NCBI RefSeq assembly: GCF_006345805.1
Contig: NC_043003.1
Location: 97,216,001 to 97,280,000, forward strand
Length of the DNA: 64,000 nucleotides
Direction: 5' to 3'
DNA from: Octopus sinensis
Lineage: Eukaryota
Below are positions 1 to 13,356 of the stretch, piece after piece. The notes under the pieces were generated by a model. That model was not told the origin of the DNA, did not search any database, and saw only the letters and a program-made list of their open reading frames with translations. The number at the start of each line of letters is the position of its first letter. The first letter of the stretch is position 1. The position numbers were made by a program, and so were the translations under genes.

Positions 1-914
1 TTGGCTGAAAATGCTTAAATTTATTATTTTTAACTTCTTTATTATAAATTTTCCAAAATAATAACTGCGATATTCGTCATCAGCATGCAAAACTGTTTAG
101 ATTAAGATTTGTAGTTGGAAGGAAGAGTAAATAGTTTAAGATAAGTACTTGATGAACATCGTCCACAGCTCCGTATTGATTTCCATTTAATTTAAACAGA
201 AATTAACTAAGAGAAATAGCTCAATGGCCAGTGGCATGTATTTGAACAACGTAGACGAATACAAATATATCAAATATCTTATAATTATTATCTCCGTTTC
301 TATTGCCAAATGTCAATTAAGACCAGCCTTTACTTACACACTAATGTCTTCAGCAGTAGCAGGAGTGGTACAGTTTCTTTATCAATCTATAGAGAAACTA
401 AAAAATGTTGAAATACTAATTTCGTTATTTATTCCTTTGATGTATTCTTCTGATTTCTAGAATATTCCTCCAACTGGCATTTCTATAATTTCTAATTCTA
501 AGAAAAAGAGATTGAAAAATGTTATTCTTATTTCATTTTTTTTTTTTATAATTAATAATTTGTGATATTTATGGCAAATAACGCTCGTAATATCTCAAAA
601 ATAATGAATGCATGCTCGTTATTAATATAGAAAAGAATACATTTACAGGAACTTGTAGATTGCCAGAAGAAAATAGCTTATAGCATCTCGTTTCTAGAAT
701 CTCTTTTACCTTTCGTCTTCCCAGTGTCAATAATATATTTACTAGTAATAGACGAAAGCTCGTTCAATATCATATTGCATCAAAGTTAATCTTTGGAACT
801 TGTTAAAAAATATTCTGCATTATACCAAAATAATAATCACCTGGAAAATATGTTTTCCGAGAGCAAAATCTAATGCCCGGTTTCAATTCTTGAAATCACT
901 TCACAAACTCCTTA

Positions 915-2154
915 CGAAGATCGGCTGAAAAGTTCATAGGCTGACCATGATACTCTCATGGAATGGGACCAAATGAGGTTTATTTTTCAACATAGTCCCC
1001 CTTGCGGTTCACACACTTCTTCCACTGGCATTGCAGTGCTTGGATCCCATTGGTGAAGAAACTTTCATCCTGTCGGTCAACAAAGTTAACAGCATATATG
1101 ACATCATCATCACTTCGATATTGGTTCCCGGCTAGGTGTTCTTTTCATGTTGGAAAATAGATTATAATCAGATGGAGAAAATCAGGACAGTGGGAAGGGT
1201 TATCAATTAGTTCAAAGCCACAGTCACACATAACAGCCATTGAAACCAAGATCTAGTGTGCTGAAGTATTGTCCGCATGAAACAAGACCCCTTTCCCGGG
1301 ACTTTAATCTTGATAGCCTTTCGTAACTACCTCACCAAACTGACATAGTATTCTCTGGCTGTTTTGAAGATAGTCAATAAAACAATGCTTTTTATACATT
1401 CTCAAAAACTAAGGTCAATACCTTCACTACAGATATCACGACCATGGCCTGTTTTGGAGCAGGTGAGGAGTGTTTCTACTATGTGGATTGTCTCTTTGTC
1501 TCTGGCTCAAAGTGACGAAGCCAACATTCATCCTGGCTTAGGAAACGTTCAAGAAACCCACTGGATTTGCCTCAAACAACCTCAGATTTCCCCGTAGTGT
1601 GATCAACTTGGTGCGCTTTTGATCAGGTGTCAGATGTGGCACCCACAGAGCAGAAACGTTCGTCATGCCAAGTTCATCATGCAGAATATTCTCAACTCTT
1701 TTACGAGATATGCTAATAGCATTGGCTATTTGAATTATATTCAATCGCCAGTCATCCATCACCATGTGGTCAACAAAATCACTGTTCTCCTACAGACACT
1801 GAGTGATCTTCAAGACACTCCCCTTCCCTTCCTACATTCATCTGCCCACTTCTGAACTATTGATAAAGCTGGAACGTCATCCCCCAATGTTGCAACCATG
1901 TCAGCATGAATGTCCTTGGGGACTAAACCCTTTTTTCTGCAGGTTTTTTATAACACCACAATGCGAAATTTTGTCTGTTTTCAAAAGAAGTCGCTATCAG
2001 TTACTTTTGAAGTCTTCTTTGAACAGAAAAATGTCAGTTTACATGGAAAGAAACAATGCAGCTATTAATAAGTAGAGTTGAAGTTAAGGCATACAAATTT
2101 CACAGCTCTTGCGTTACTCCATAATCAGCCTATGAACTTTTCAGCCCACCTTCG
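915..2154 (-). mobile_element. Decayed full-length mariner transposon (irritans/Hsmar2-like)
   Basis: 30-bp TIRs cgaagatcggctgaaaagttcataggctga / tcagcctatgaacttttcagcccaccttcg (2 mismatches), TA on both sides. Minus-strand fragment ENILHDELGMTNVSALWVPHLTPDQKR carries the mariner WVP motif. Confidence 0.88.
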
Positions 2155-3009
2155 TAACTTCTTTGGGAAATCAATGAATATTATATTTTCACATTTACTT
2201 TACCCAAACAATTTAAAACATTTGTTATTATACTGAAGTGGCTAATTCCATCGTGTTGGATATAAGCTTCCTATCGGTCGATTCTGCAAGCTGGTTTCGA
2301 ATCCCAGTAAAAGCCATTCCTCTCCATTTCACTTACGTCACGAAAGCAATTAAGAAAATCATAAACGCGACAAAATGCAATTTTAACTGCTTCTGCTCTA
2401 AATCTGATGCTTTGTGCTTGAAGAGAAAAAGTAGCGATTAATGCCGATTTAATAGGAAACAGAACGAAAAACTTGTCTATTTAGTTTGCCTTTTCACTAC
2501 CTGGGTTTAAATTCTGATTTTACACCTTATCTTCGCACATGGTAAAAAAATAAACACCAGTAATATACAAAACGTTGAATCGGTAAATCATAACTCTTCC
2601 TCACAAAATGTTTCTGACTAAATTCATGGTTCTGCCTTTTATTCTTTCGAGTTTAATTTAATTAGCTGTATTCTTGTAGCACGCTGTATCACAAAAGTTC
2701 TACTTCATCAACCACCGTGCAAGGCTCGAGGTGCATGCGTAGATGTTTATTTACCACGATTAAGTATTTCATTTGATCGAATAACTGAGTAGTCATCAGA
2801 AAAACCGACGGTGATTCCCCTACTTTTCCTTCATAAGGATTAACCATCAACACAAGCTTACAATTTCGTATATTTTACGGTCCAAAAGGCATGTGATAAT
2901 ATTCTTATTTATTTGTTTGTTTGTTTTTTCCTTTATCTCATTCACAGTTTTACTTCGGAATATTTGATGTTCAACAGGTAGAGGATTTGCAAAGTCGGTA
3001 TAGCAATGG

Positions 3010-3226
3010 CAGAAACGTTAGCACGCCGGGCGAAATGCTTAGCGGTATTACGTCTGCGTTACGTTGTGAGTTCAAATTCCGCCGAGGTCGACTTTGCCTT
3101 TCATCCTTTCGGGGTCGATCAATTAAGTACCAGTTACGCACTGGGGTCGATGTAATCGACTTAATACCTATGTCTGTCCTTGTTTGTCCCCTCTGTGTTT
3201 AGCCCCTTGTGGGTAATAAAGAAATA
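3010..3226 (+). mobile_element. tRNA-derived SINE family A (Meta-domain-like core), with TSD
   Basis: B-box-like gagttcaaattcc and core gtcgactttgcctttcatcctttcggggtcgat..aagtaccag. 13-bp TSD ggtatagcaatgg at 2997-3009 and 3227-3239. Many copies in the window (about 3385, 8505, 11600, 21020, 29100, 36200, 36850, 58004). Confidence 0.85.
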
Positions 3227-3906
3227 GGTATAGCAATGGAAATAAAAACACGTTGCCTCGTTTATTCCCTCTCTACACATCCTGATTTCGAATACTGAGG
3301 TTAGGATCGATACAAAAGTATTGTCAAATACTATGGTTAATACGACTGATTTTACTAGTCTTCCCATTTTGAGGCCTTATGCCAATGTTACAGAACCGTT
3401 AACACGCCGTGTAAGATGCTTAGCAGCATTTCGTCCATCTTTATTTGCAGTCTCAGTTCAAGTTCTGCCGAGGTCGACTTGCCTTTCAGCCGTTCGGAGC
3501 CGATCAAATAAGTACCAGTTTAACAGTGGGGTCGATGTAATCGGCTTACTCACACCCCAAAATTGCTGGCCTTGTGCCAACATTTGAAACCATATTAGAG
3601 GATTAGCAAAAACAGTAATTAGTTACGCCCATTTATATTCTGGAAACAGATCCCGCAGAAAATAACTATGCTTTTCGCTCCACTGAAAGTAACTAGTTAT
3701 AAAATATTAGCAATGTATTATCACGTAGCTGATCAGGCAGCAACATGTGGCTAAAAAATGATATCTTTGTGCTATATATAAAATCAATATTTCATACTAT
3801 AATCTTCATTTTCTGTTTCTTTTTTTTTTACTTCTTTCTTTTGTTTCTCTCTTCGTTATTTTTTTTTAATTATTCATTTATTGTTTTCTTTTCCTTTTAT
3901 TTCTAG

Positions 3907-4150
3907 TGTGAAGGCAGTACTTGCAAAACATGAAAGTGCATTGCTCATGTTACTTGGCTTCGGGGGATTCTCTGTTATCTTAGCAATCTTATATAATGCC
4001 GTACGAAAATACATCTACCACGATGAACACAACTTGGACACAACTTTTGATGCCGGTGGCAATGTAAGTCTTAGTTTAACTGCTGTTACCGTGGCATCGC
4101 AGTTATTTTGGCCTGGAGACATCTTACAGAGTGCGACACTTGCTACAAAG
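3907..4150 (+). CDS. DUR3: DUR3-like urea transporter (SSS/SLC5 family), first identifiable coding exon
   Basis: Long polypyrimidine tract and TCTAG acceptor (AG 3905-3906); donor AAG|GTAAGT at 4151. Encodes VKAVLAKHESALLMLLGFGGFSVILAILYN...DTTFDAGGNVSLSLTAVTVASQLFWPGDILQSATLATK, resembling the DUR3 N-terminal F.TA...V..GL.A..IVS.W.W...LQS motif. Starts out of phase, so an upstream exon is needed. Confidence 0.88.
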
Positions 4151-4451
4151 GTAAGTAGAGTGTATATTTAAAATACATAAATTCTATGATGAACATTGAA
4201 ATATTTGAACTGCCGGTTGGGGGATTGAAATTTACAACGGTGCTGTAATGTTTCTCTATTCAAGTCACTTAATTCCAATGGCCAGTTCGCTTTGCTGTAC
4301 TTAGTTACTTCGAAATATGCATTGATCATAGCAATTTCCCACGCTATAATGATTCTGCCAATTGGCTGCCTATTTTGTCATTAATCATGCGCCTAACTTC
4401 CGTTGTATACATATGTACATACACTCACACACACACACACACATACACACA

Positions 4452-4483
<32 letters not shown>

Positions 4484-4522
4484 TACACATACACACACAC
4501 ACATACGCAGATATATATGTAT

Positions 4523-4648
4523 AGGCGCAGGTGTGGCTGTGTGGTAAGTAGCTTGCTTACCAACCATATGGTTCCGGGTTCTGTCTCACTGTGTGGCAAC
4601 TTGGGTGTCTTCTACTATAGCCTCGGGCCGACCAAACCCTTGTATGTG

Positions 4649-4689
<41 letters not shown>

Positions 4690-4758
4690 TATATACATAC
4701 ACATACAAGGGTTTGGTCGGCCCGAGGCTATAGTAGAAGACACCCAAGTTGCCACACA

Positions 4759-4762
<4 letters not shown>
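4523..4762 (+). mobile_element. 5' part of SINE family B with local fold-back duplication
   Basis: Head ggcgcaggtgtggctgtgtggtaagtagcttgc; 4586-4653 is repeated in inverted orientation ending at 4762 across a (TA)n loop. Confidence 0.8.
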
Positions 4763-4811
<49 letters not shown>

Positions 4812-4923
4812 TTTACTATTGAAATAACTGACCAGCTGCAAGGAGGTCAACACATTTTTTCTTCTTTGTCTCTTCCTTCTTCCTTTCCTTCTCTCTTCCA
4901 TTGATACTCCTTTCAGATACAAA

Positions 4924-4964
<41 letters not shown>

Positions 4965-5209
4965 ACACGCACTCTCACTTTCTCCCCATTCCTCACCCTC
5001 TTGTTCTATCTTATATCTCTCTCCACCCCTACACAATAATACTATAAAAAGAGACAAAAATCCTGAAAAAGTTCAGCTGACGACTCCACTAGAGTAGACG
5101 CAAGCGTTAATATATATGATTTATAAAAACATGTGACATATTGATAAATATCTGTAAATATAAAAAAAGATTTCTAAGTACCTCATTACTTCTATTATAT
5201 ATATATATA

Positions 5210-5465
5210 CTAGCTTAAGGTGACCCGCTCTAAGCGCGGGTAAGAGTGTGGTTGTTACTTTCTGTTGCTTCCATTCCGTTTTTTATCACCACATTCTCCC
5301 TCTTTGTTTCTCTCTCCTTTCTCTCTCACTTTCCCACTCTCTTACTCTTCCTTTCTCTCGGACTCTCCTTCGCTTTCTCTTACTCTCTATCTTTCTCTAT
5401 CTATCTGTCTCCCATTTATAAACAACAAAAGATCTTGAGTAAGTTGAGAAAGAAAATATTTTGAA
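5210..5465 (-). mobile_element. Non-autonomous Helitron 3' end
   Basis: Minus strand ends with hairpin cccgcgcttagagcggg followed after about 11 nt by CTAG (5210-5213), embedded in TA-rich sequence. The other boundary is approximate. Confidence 0.55.
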
Positions 5466-5469
5466 AGAT

Positions 5470-7030
5470 CAATTATAAATATCAGGCAGTGACAACGGAA
5501 AGGTCTGCTTCAAGGCAGACAGCAAAACACTAGCATTTAAAAGGGACAGACGAACTTGCGAGCTAAATAAAAATAAAAATATATTGGAAACCAAAGTTTG
5601 AAGGGATAGAATCTGAGGAACAACAGCAGCAGCCATCACGCACTCAGCAGGCTCTTCGGGCTTAGCAACGTCAGACTCAGCAATCTCTAAGGGTCCAGCA
5701 CCCACTACAGGTTCATCAACCACTTAACGGTTCGGCAACCACTTCAGGTTCAACATCACAAGGTTCCTCCGGTTCACTTTCTTCATAGTCTATTTCACTT
5801 GTCGGGCAATCCCCACCCACAGGACTCCTCTTATCCCCGGTCCAACACTGATCCTCCAAAGCTGACCCATCCGTAACCTCAAGCTCTTGCTGGTCTTCGC
5901 GTAAGCCCTGTCGCCTCTTCTCCAGCCTTCCCATGAATGCGTCTAGCTGTGTCCTCTGGCCCTTCAACATCTCCACAATCAAGGCAAGCGAAATCTCTTC
6001 CTCTCCGGTCTGGCTATCAGTTCGTGCCTCCACCGAATCCATGGCAAACAACCGATCGACTGCAGCAATCAGGATAATCCCACTTCTGACACCAGTTGTT
6101 ATGAACCTGCCGTCGCTCAACTTGAACCCGGGGCCCTACTAAGTCGAGCGATGATGATGACCAGGCTCAGTCAAACGGAATCCGCCACACAGGAAACGGT
6201 GGTGGGGATGGCAGCGAACTCAAACCGGTAACCGGAGATAACAACAACAACAACAACAACAGGAAGAGAGAGACACGGCGGAAGGCAGTAGCTTACATTT
6301 AAGAGAGTTTATGCAATTATTACAACATCAAATAAAATGTGATACATATCAGATACATTAAAGAAAATACAGAATTAAAAAGAAAAACAACAAAGGCATG
6401 CACGATACAACACAGTCCGAAGACAATCAAAACATCAATGTTCAACGCAATATAGAGTTCGAGACAGTTCAAATTAAAGTCTTTCTCTTTCCTTCTTTCT
6501 CTTTCTTTAACACAATGTTCTTTTTCCTTATTTCTTCTTTCTTTTCCTTCTCTTTTTTTTGACACAATTCTTTTTCTTCTTTTTACAACAGATTACAGTT
6601 TACGTCATAATCTCGTTTCTTTTACATTTCACATCAAAAGCATAAACAAAACATACCGCATGTTTCCTCGTTTACAAACTCGTACTACAAACATTCTAGC
6701 CTTCTTGCCGTAATCTCCCTCACTTCCTCAATCCTCTGTGTCTGTCCTTCTCGCCACGCTTGTCATCCTTGTCGTTGCCTCTCGCCTGGCAGCTCTCACA
6801 TTCACTGTCTCTGCCCAAACTGACCAACCCAGGCCAACTCTCTCTCGCCAACTGATCAACAAAACCCCAGCTACCGCATTTTAAAGGGTAGCATTTTTAT
6901 TTTTTTCCTTAAACTTTGCTTGACCGGAAAAGGGTCAGATGTCTCTTCCAAACTCATTAATTTCATTAGAAATGACAGGACAAAAGCTTTTCCCCAACTG
7001 TCTGGCGCCAAACCACGAAACCAGGCCACA
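5470..7030 (-). mobile_element. Truncated Gypsy-like LTR retrotransposon: LTR (about 6097-7030), PBS and gag start
   Basis: Minus strand reads ...ataaCA-ac-TGGTGTCAGAAGTGGGAT, a typical Gypsy primer-binding site (6077-6094), then ATG at 6042: MDSVEARTDSQTGEEEISLALIVEMLKGQRTQLDAFMGRLEK, acidic/coiled-coil gag-like and frameshifted near 5720. LTR 5' end at TGT 7030 is tentative. Confidence 0.75.
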
Positions 7031-7059
7031 GCACTCTCTCTCCGAATGACTCCGTATCA

Positions 7060-7097
<38 letters not shown>

Positions 7098-7110
7098 ATA
7101 TATGTATGTG

Positions 7111-7350
7111 GGAAGGCGCATGGCTCAGTGCTTAGAGCGTCGAGCTTACGATCGTGTGGTTGTGAGTTCGAATCCCGGAGCAGGCTGCGTGTTGTGTTCT
7201 TGAACAAGACGCTTTATTTCACGTTGTTCCAATTCACTCAGCTATAGAAATGAGTTGCGATGTCACAGGTGCCAAGCTGTATCAGCCTTTGCTTTTCCCT
7301 TGGATAACACTGGTGGCGTGGAGAGGAGAGGCCGGTATGCATGGGCGACT
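7111..7350 (+). mobile_element. tRNA-derived SINE family D (CORE-like body)
   Basis: A box tggctcagtgcttag, B box gagttcgaatccc, then gttgtgttcttgaacaagac. Related heads near 10290 and 29560. Confidence 0.7.
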
Positions 7351-7627
7351 GCAAGTGAGTCCCTGTGCCATTAGAATCCACATATGGTGGCCCATGTTAG
7401 CATCTAAGGGGCCCATCCCCTCAAATTTGAGAAATTTTTATTTACTCCTGGAAGAAAGCATTAATTATTTTAGTCTGACTGCGTTTGTAGACAGTTGAAA
7501 AGAGTACTTCTAATCCCCCCAAAAAAGTTAAATGATAGCATTGTAGTTCCTGGCGGGTCCCCTTGTAGTGACCCCTTAGTCTCCTGGAAACCAATATTTT
7601 TAGACTCAGTCCGCCACTATACATCTC

Positions 7628-7840
7628 TCTTTTACTCTTTTACCTGTTTCAGTCATTTGACTGCGGCCATGCCGGAGCACCGCCTTTAGTCGAGCAAATC
7701 AACCCCAGGACTTATTGTTTGGAAGCCTAGTACTTATTCTATCGGTTTCTTGCCGAACCCCTAAGTTACGGGGACGTAAACACACTACCATCGGTTGACA
7801 AGCGATGTTGGGGGAGGACAAACACAGACACACAAACATG

Positions 7841-7890
<50 letters not shown>

Positions 7891-8045
7891 CGACGGGCTT
7901 CTTTCAGTTTCTATGTACCAAATCCACTCACAAGACTTTGGTCGGCCTGAGGCTATAGTAAAAGACACCTGCCCAAGTGTCACGTAGTGGGAATGAACCC
8001 GGAACCATGTGTCCGGTAAGCAAGCTACTTACCACACAGCCACTC
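7628..8045 (-). mobile_element. SINE family B (tRNA head, CORE-like segment, internal microsatellite, taaaagag tail)
   Basis: Reverse complement of the family B consensus seen at 10617, 18604 and 41737. Confidence 0.85.
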
Positions 8046-8061
8046 CGATATATATACATAT

Positions 8062-8178
8062 ATGTATGTATGTATGTATGTATCTATGTGTATGTATGTA
8101 TGTATGTATGTATGTATGTATGTATGTATGTATGTATGTATGTATGTATGTATGTATGTATGTATGTATGTATGTATG
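8062..8178. repeat. (TATG)n microsatellite
   Basis: Direct tetranucleotide run. Similar runs at 18451-18522, 38036-38120, 38378-38590 and 41210-41620. Confidence 0.95.
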
Positions 8179-10616
8179 GAAGAGAAAGGGATTCATATTC
8201 GTTGCCATTATGTTAAACTATCGTGTGTTCAAATTTGGCCAAATACTTTTTTTTTTCAATATTTAATTTTGTTTGCAATAGCGGGTTCCTTGGATCAAAT
8301 TATCGTACCTCCAGCCGCTTCAGAGGATCTATTCCATCTCAATCACAGATTTTTTAATTCGTTTTTTTTCTTAATTAAACAGTTTGAAATTTCGAATACT
8401 GATAGAATTTATCACGTAGAACATGGTTTACTCCGAACGTTTTTGACAAAATTTCGTATTTTAGAAGTTACTTCGTGTTAAAGTTGTCGTATTTGGGTAT
8501 TTCAATGCTTAGCGGTATTTCATCTGTCTTTAAGTTCTCAGTTCAAATTCCACCGATATCGACTTTGCCTTTCATCCTTTCGGGGTCGATAAATTAAGTA
8601 CCAGTTGCGTTCTAGGGTCGATCTAATCGACTGGCGCTCTCCCCAAAAATTTCGGGCTTTGTGCCTATAGTAGAAAAGATTATACCCTGTTACTATTTCA
8701 GTCGTTGGACTGCGACTATATTGGAGCAACGCCTTGAAGAGGTTGGTTAAACAAGCCGATTCCAGTGCTTATTCTTACGTCTGCTACTTATTTTATTGGT
8801 CTGTTTTTCCAAACTCTTAAGTTACAGGCATGTAAACAAACCAATACCGGCTGAGAGGCGGTGAGAAAACATACGCACAAATACACATACACACAAACTC
8901 ATTACACACGCACACCACGCAGACAGACACTCACACACTCACACACGTGCACACACACACATACACACACACACACACAAGCAAACACTCTTTGTTCGTA
9001 AATTGTTACCTCCTCCACTTAGTAATAAGGGGTCGAAACAACTTAATTATTGTGTCTTGTATTAATTAGTTATATTAAATTAACGAAGAAGAACAAAGAT
9101 TGAAAATGTCATCAGATTATATATCGTTATTAAAAAATTTGTTTCATCAGGAAACAATGTAAAGCTATGAAATCAGCTAAAGATTTCTAAACTATTAACA
9201 GAGTAGAAAATCTAAATGAGAAGCAAAGCTTAACAGAAAAATTATAAACAGGAAAGAGGAGTGGTTTCTAATGAGATTTAACGAAGTGAAACGCACGAAG
9301 GTATGCAAACGGAAAGATTTTCGCCTAATCGCCTGACATTGGTATTATTAAGAGATACCATTAGTTTTGAACAGATGCATTCTAGGGTTAAAATGGAAGT
9401 TTGGCAGGCAATAGTTTAACAAGAAGCTGAACTAACACGAAGAATGAAATTAACGGCGATAATAGCTACTCCAAAGTCATTAATTCTAAAGAATCTTTAA
9501 ACCATTCACTACCATCCCTATCCAATTTCTTTTTGCGTCTGTTTCTACCTCTTCCTTTGTCTCTATCTCTCTTTCTTTATCTCTCTCTCTCTCTCTCTCT
9601 GTATCCCTCTTTCGCGCTCTCTCTCGCTCTCTGTATCCCTCTTTCGCGCTCTCTCTCTCTCTCTGTATCCCTCTTTCGCTCTCTCTCTCTCTCTCTCCCT
9701 CATACCATCTTCCTCTTTCACTCTCACCCTCCTTTCTCTCTCTGTTCTGATCTATTCCCTTTCTATTCTTTCTTCTGCCTAATGTTACTATGTGATCAGT
9801 GTTGAATACCTGCGGGTGTAAATGTTTGTAAATATGCACACAGACACACACTGCATGAATGCATCCATTTGCCTATGCAAGATAGTGTATACATTGTGAT
9901 AAGTTAATTCTTAGTGACTATACACGCATGCATACGTCCGTCTATAGAAATGTGTACAAACGAAGTCGTATCTTGAGTATTTAAAAGTAAGCAGAAAGCT
10001 AAGTCAGGCCCCAAAAGAGAATGAATATAGTCAGTTGGATACTGAAAATGTAAACACGATTGCATCCCTTGGTGGGAGATATTCACGTTAAGTCAATACG
10101 TTATATCCTTTCTGAATGCGTATGAATATGTTAATGTGTGAAGACTTATATGCATAATTAGATATTACCATTTACACGTACATACACACATACACACACG
10201 CAAATGCACTCATATGTATATACTATATATTTCACATGATATATATATATATAGTATTTAAATATATATATGTGAAGGTGTATGAACTAGAGGTTAGGAT
10301 GTGGTGCTCAGGATCACAAGATTGTAGTTTCGATTTCCGGACTAGGCGGTGTGTCGTGCGACCACTTAGACATTTGACGTGTTGCACACAGTGCACCTGT
10401 AGAGTCACTGTTGGTTTAATTAAGAAGTGAACGAATGAAACATTTGATCCCTAAAAATTAGTCATCTATGCAGGGTGTTCAGTAAGGAATTACGAAACTC
10501 TCATCTGTCATGTATGACAAGAAATTCCATCGTATAGATTCTATACGATGGAATCTCTATAGAAGATACAATATTCTATACTATAAAATATACAATATAT
10601 CTGTAAGTGTGTATAT

Positions 10617-11030
10617 AGGCGCAGGAGTGGCTGTGTGGTAAGTAGCCTACTTACCAACCACACGGTTCCGAGTTCAGTCCCACTGCGCACCTTGGGAAAG
10701 TATCTTCTTCTATAGCCTCGGGCCGACCAAAGCCTTGTGAGTGGATTTGGTAGACGGAAACTGAAAGAAGCCTGTCGTATATATATGTATATATATATGT
10801 GTGTGTGTGTGTGTTTGTGTGTCTGTGTTTGTCGCCCCAACATCACTTGACAACCGATGCTGGTATGTTTACGTCCCCGTTACTTAGTGGTTCGGCAAAA
10901 GAGACCGATAGAATAAATACTAGGTTTACAAAGAATAAGACCTGGGGTCGATTTGCTCGACTAAAAAAAGGGCCGTGCTCCAGCTTGGCCGCAGTCAAAT
11001 GACTGAAACAAGTAAAAGAGTAAAGAGTAA
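10617..11030 (+). mobile_element. SINE family B, full length
   Basis: ggcgcaggagtggctgtgtggtaag...gagttcagtcccac...ccttgggaaag...(TA/TG)n...aaatgactgaaacaagtaaaagagtaaagag. Confidence 0.88.
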
Positions 11031-11427
11031 AATAGTATATAAAGGATAAAAAATGCAAATGTATATATTCTTTTTATACCTTTTTTTCTTTACTGATTTC
11101 ACTCAACTGCGACCATGCTGGGGCACCACCTTCAAAAGTTTAATCCTTATTTCTTTTGTCCGACACACTTATTTTATCATGCGCTTTTGTCAAACTTTTA
11201 TGCAACACGAGGTAAACATACATGACACCAGTTGTCAAGTAGTGAGTGCGAACACAAACTCCATACATACGGATATAGTCTCTCCTCTCTCGCTCTCATT
11301 TTCTCTCTTCTTTCCCCCTCTCTCCTCTCCCTCTCACTCTCTCTTTCTCTCTTCCTTGCACATGCATACACGCACACATACATACATACATGCAAATACG
11401 TATATACATAATTAGATTGATAGATAT

Positions 11428-11474
<47 letters not shown>

Positions 11475-12367
11475 GTATATATATGATATAAAGTAGGTAA
11501 ACAATATTTTTAGTAACTACATATTAAATTTCTACAGCTGTTTCTCGAATGATGAATTTATTTGACCACATAATTATTAATAATCTTTCAAATTCTGACA
11601 CGATGCCAGCAATTTTAAGGGGGAGGGTCGGTTTATTAGATCGGCTCAAATACTCAAATGATATTTACTTTATTGAACCTTAAAGAATGAAAGGAAAAGT
11701 CAATCTCGGCTGAATTTGAACTCAAAACGTAAAACCAGTAGAAATACCGCTAATCATTTTACCTGACGCGCTAACGATTGCCAGCATGTCAACTTCATGT
11801 AATTGTTAATAATAAAAACAAATTATAAATATAATTATCAATAAATTATAATTGCCATTAAAGAACATAATTGTTAATAATTAACATTCATTACTATAAT
11901 CACAAAATATGAAAAACAATAAAAGATAGTTTTAAATATTTGAGCCATCTCGTCGGGAATATTTTTAGATTATATGATCTTTTCTTATATTTCATTCTTA
12001 TATCTATGCGAGTGTGTCACATACAGAACAAATACGTGTAGACAATGCTGGTACTAATAATGTTTTGAAAACTTTGCATAGGCCTCTAAACAGGCATCGC
12101 CAGGCTTCTGGCAAAATTTGACGCAGATTCTCTGCTCAACTTTCTCTGTCATGGTCAACGCGTCGATCACATGCTACACACCTTCCTTCCAAGCACTGCT
12201 GTAAATAGCAGAAGTGAACTAGAGCGTTAAAACTTAGCCTACATGCACAGCTTAGTTCAAGATGAATCTGTGCCAAGCGGCTTCACTCTGCGTACTTTAG
12301 CTTCGTTACTAGGGCAACAGTCCAGATACTTATTTTATCAGACCACGTATACATACATATATACATA

Positions 12368-13317
12368 CTAGAACTATAGCGCGACATTTCCCGGAATTAA
12401 GTTAGGAGTATTAAGCTAATCAAGCGCTTTGTTTCAAACCAAACTAAGTAACACCGACGTCAAATTTGAGTGAAATCCGTTGAAATTGGTAAACTTTTGG
12501 CTGAAAATGGCTTGTAGACATTTGATTGGGAAATTCAATAAGGAACCGGTTTGTTGATTTTTTCACTAACCGATTGCTTTTATTTTTGGAGAACTTAAAG
12601 CACCCAAAGATCCCATGAGTCCTAAGTAATGCCGGCATCAAGTTTGAACAAAATATGTCAAAATTAGTAAAAGTTATGGTTGAAAATGGGGTGTAGCCAA
12701 TTTTAGTGGGAATTCCTATAAGGAATCGGCTTATCGATTTTTCATCCTGATTCAATGGAAAACCCCATAAGGATCAGATTATTGATTTTTAACCCCCAAA
12801 TAGAACTTAACCGAAAACAACATTACTATTTCAAAAAATCTTTATACTCTAAAGTTGGTTTTCACACACCCAACCCAGTTCTTCAGAATCAGTGTCGCGA
12901 CGGGAACGCATTGGTTGGGAGTTTGACCGGTAGGGGTGATCAGGTTGCACATGCCGGCCCTTTCGAAGCCACCACCCCGTCATCTAACCCACTTTCGCCC
13001 ATGGGTTGGGAGCCCTTCCGGCAAGGAAAATAGAATACCTAAAAGTGTCAGAAGAGGTTATGTTCGGATCACAACTAAGCCTCCTTAACCTAAACTTAAG
13101 CTAACCTAGCGAAAGGGGGTCGCGAACCTCTAAAAGGCAGTGACTAATCCCGATCTAGTCGTAACCCCTCCTAGGGGTACAATCGGTCTAGGCTGCATCG
13201 CAGATATGCATTAGAGAAGGTTGCCTCGGAGATCTTCATCGAAGATCTGCATTGGAGAAGGTGCCATCGAAGGTTTGTACGCTATTATATATATATGTAT
13301 ATATACATACATATATA

Positions 13318-13356
<39 letters not shown>

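Noticed and set aside
224-460. 78-aa ORF MASGMYLNN...
   Set aside because: No recognisable motif or supportable splice link; AT-rich chance ORF.
2948-3299. Candidate first exon of the transporter (acceptor at 2947, ATG 3236 MEIKTRCLVYSLSTHPDFEY, donor GAG|GTTAGG at 3300)
   Set aside because: The ATG frame stops at TGA 3296-3298, and the frame needed to join exon 3907 also has a stop. It cannot be supported without transcript data.
11530-11570. GAAACAGCTGTA (minus), a typical hammerhead 3' half
   Set aside because: The CUGANGA half is absent; at most a truncated relic.
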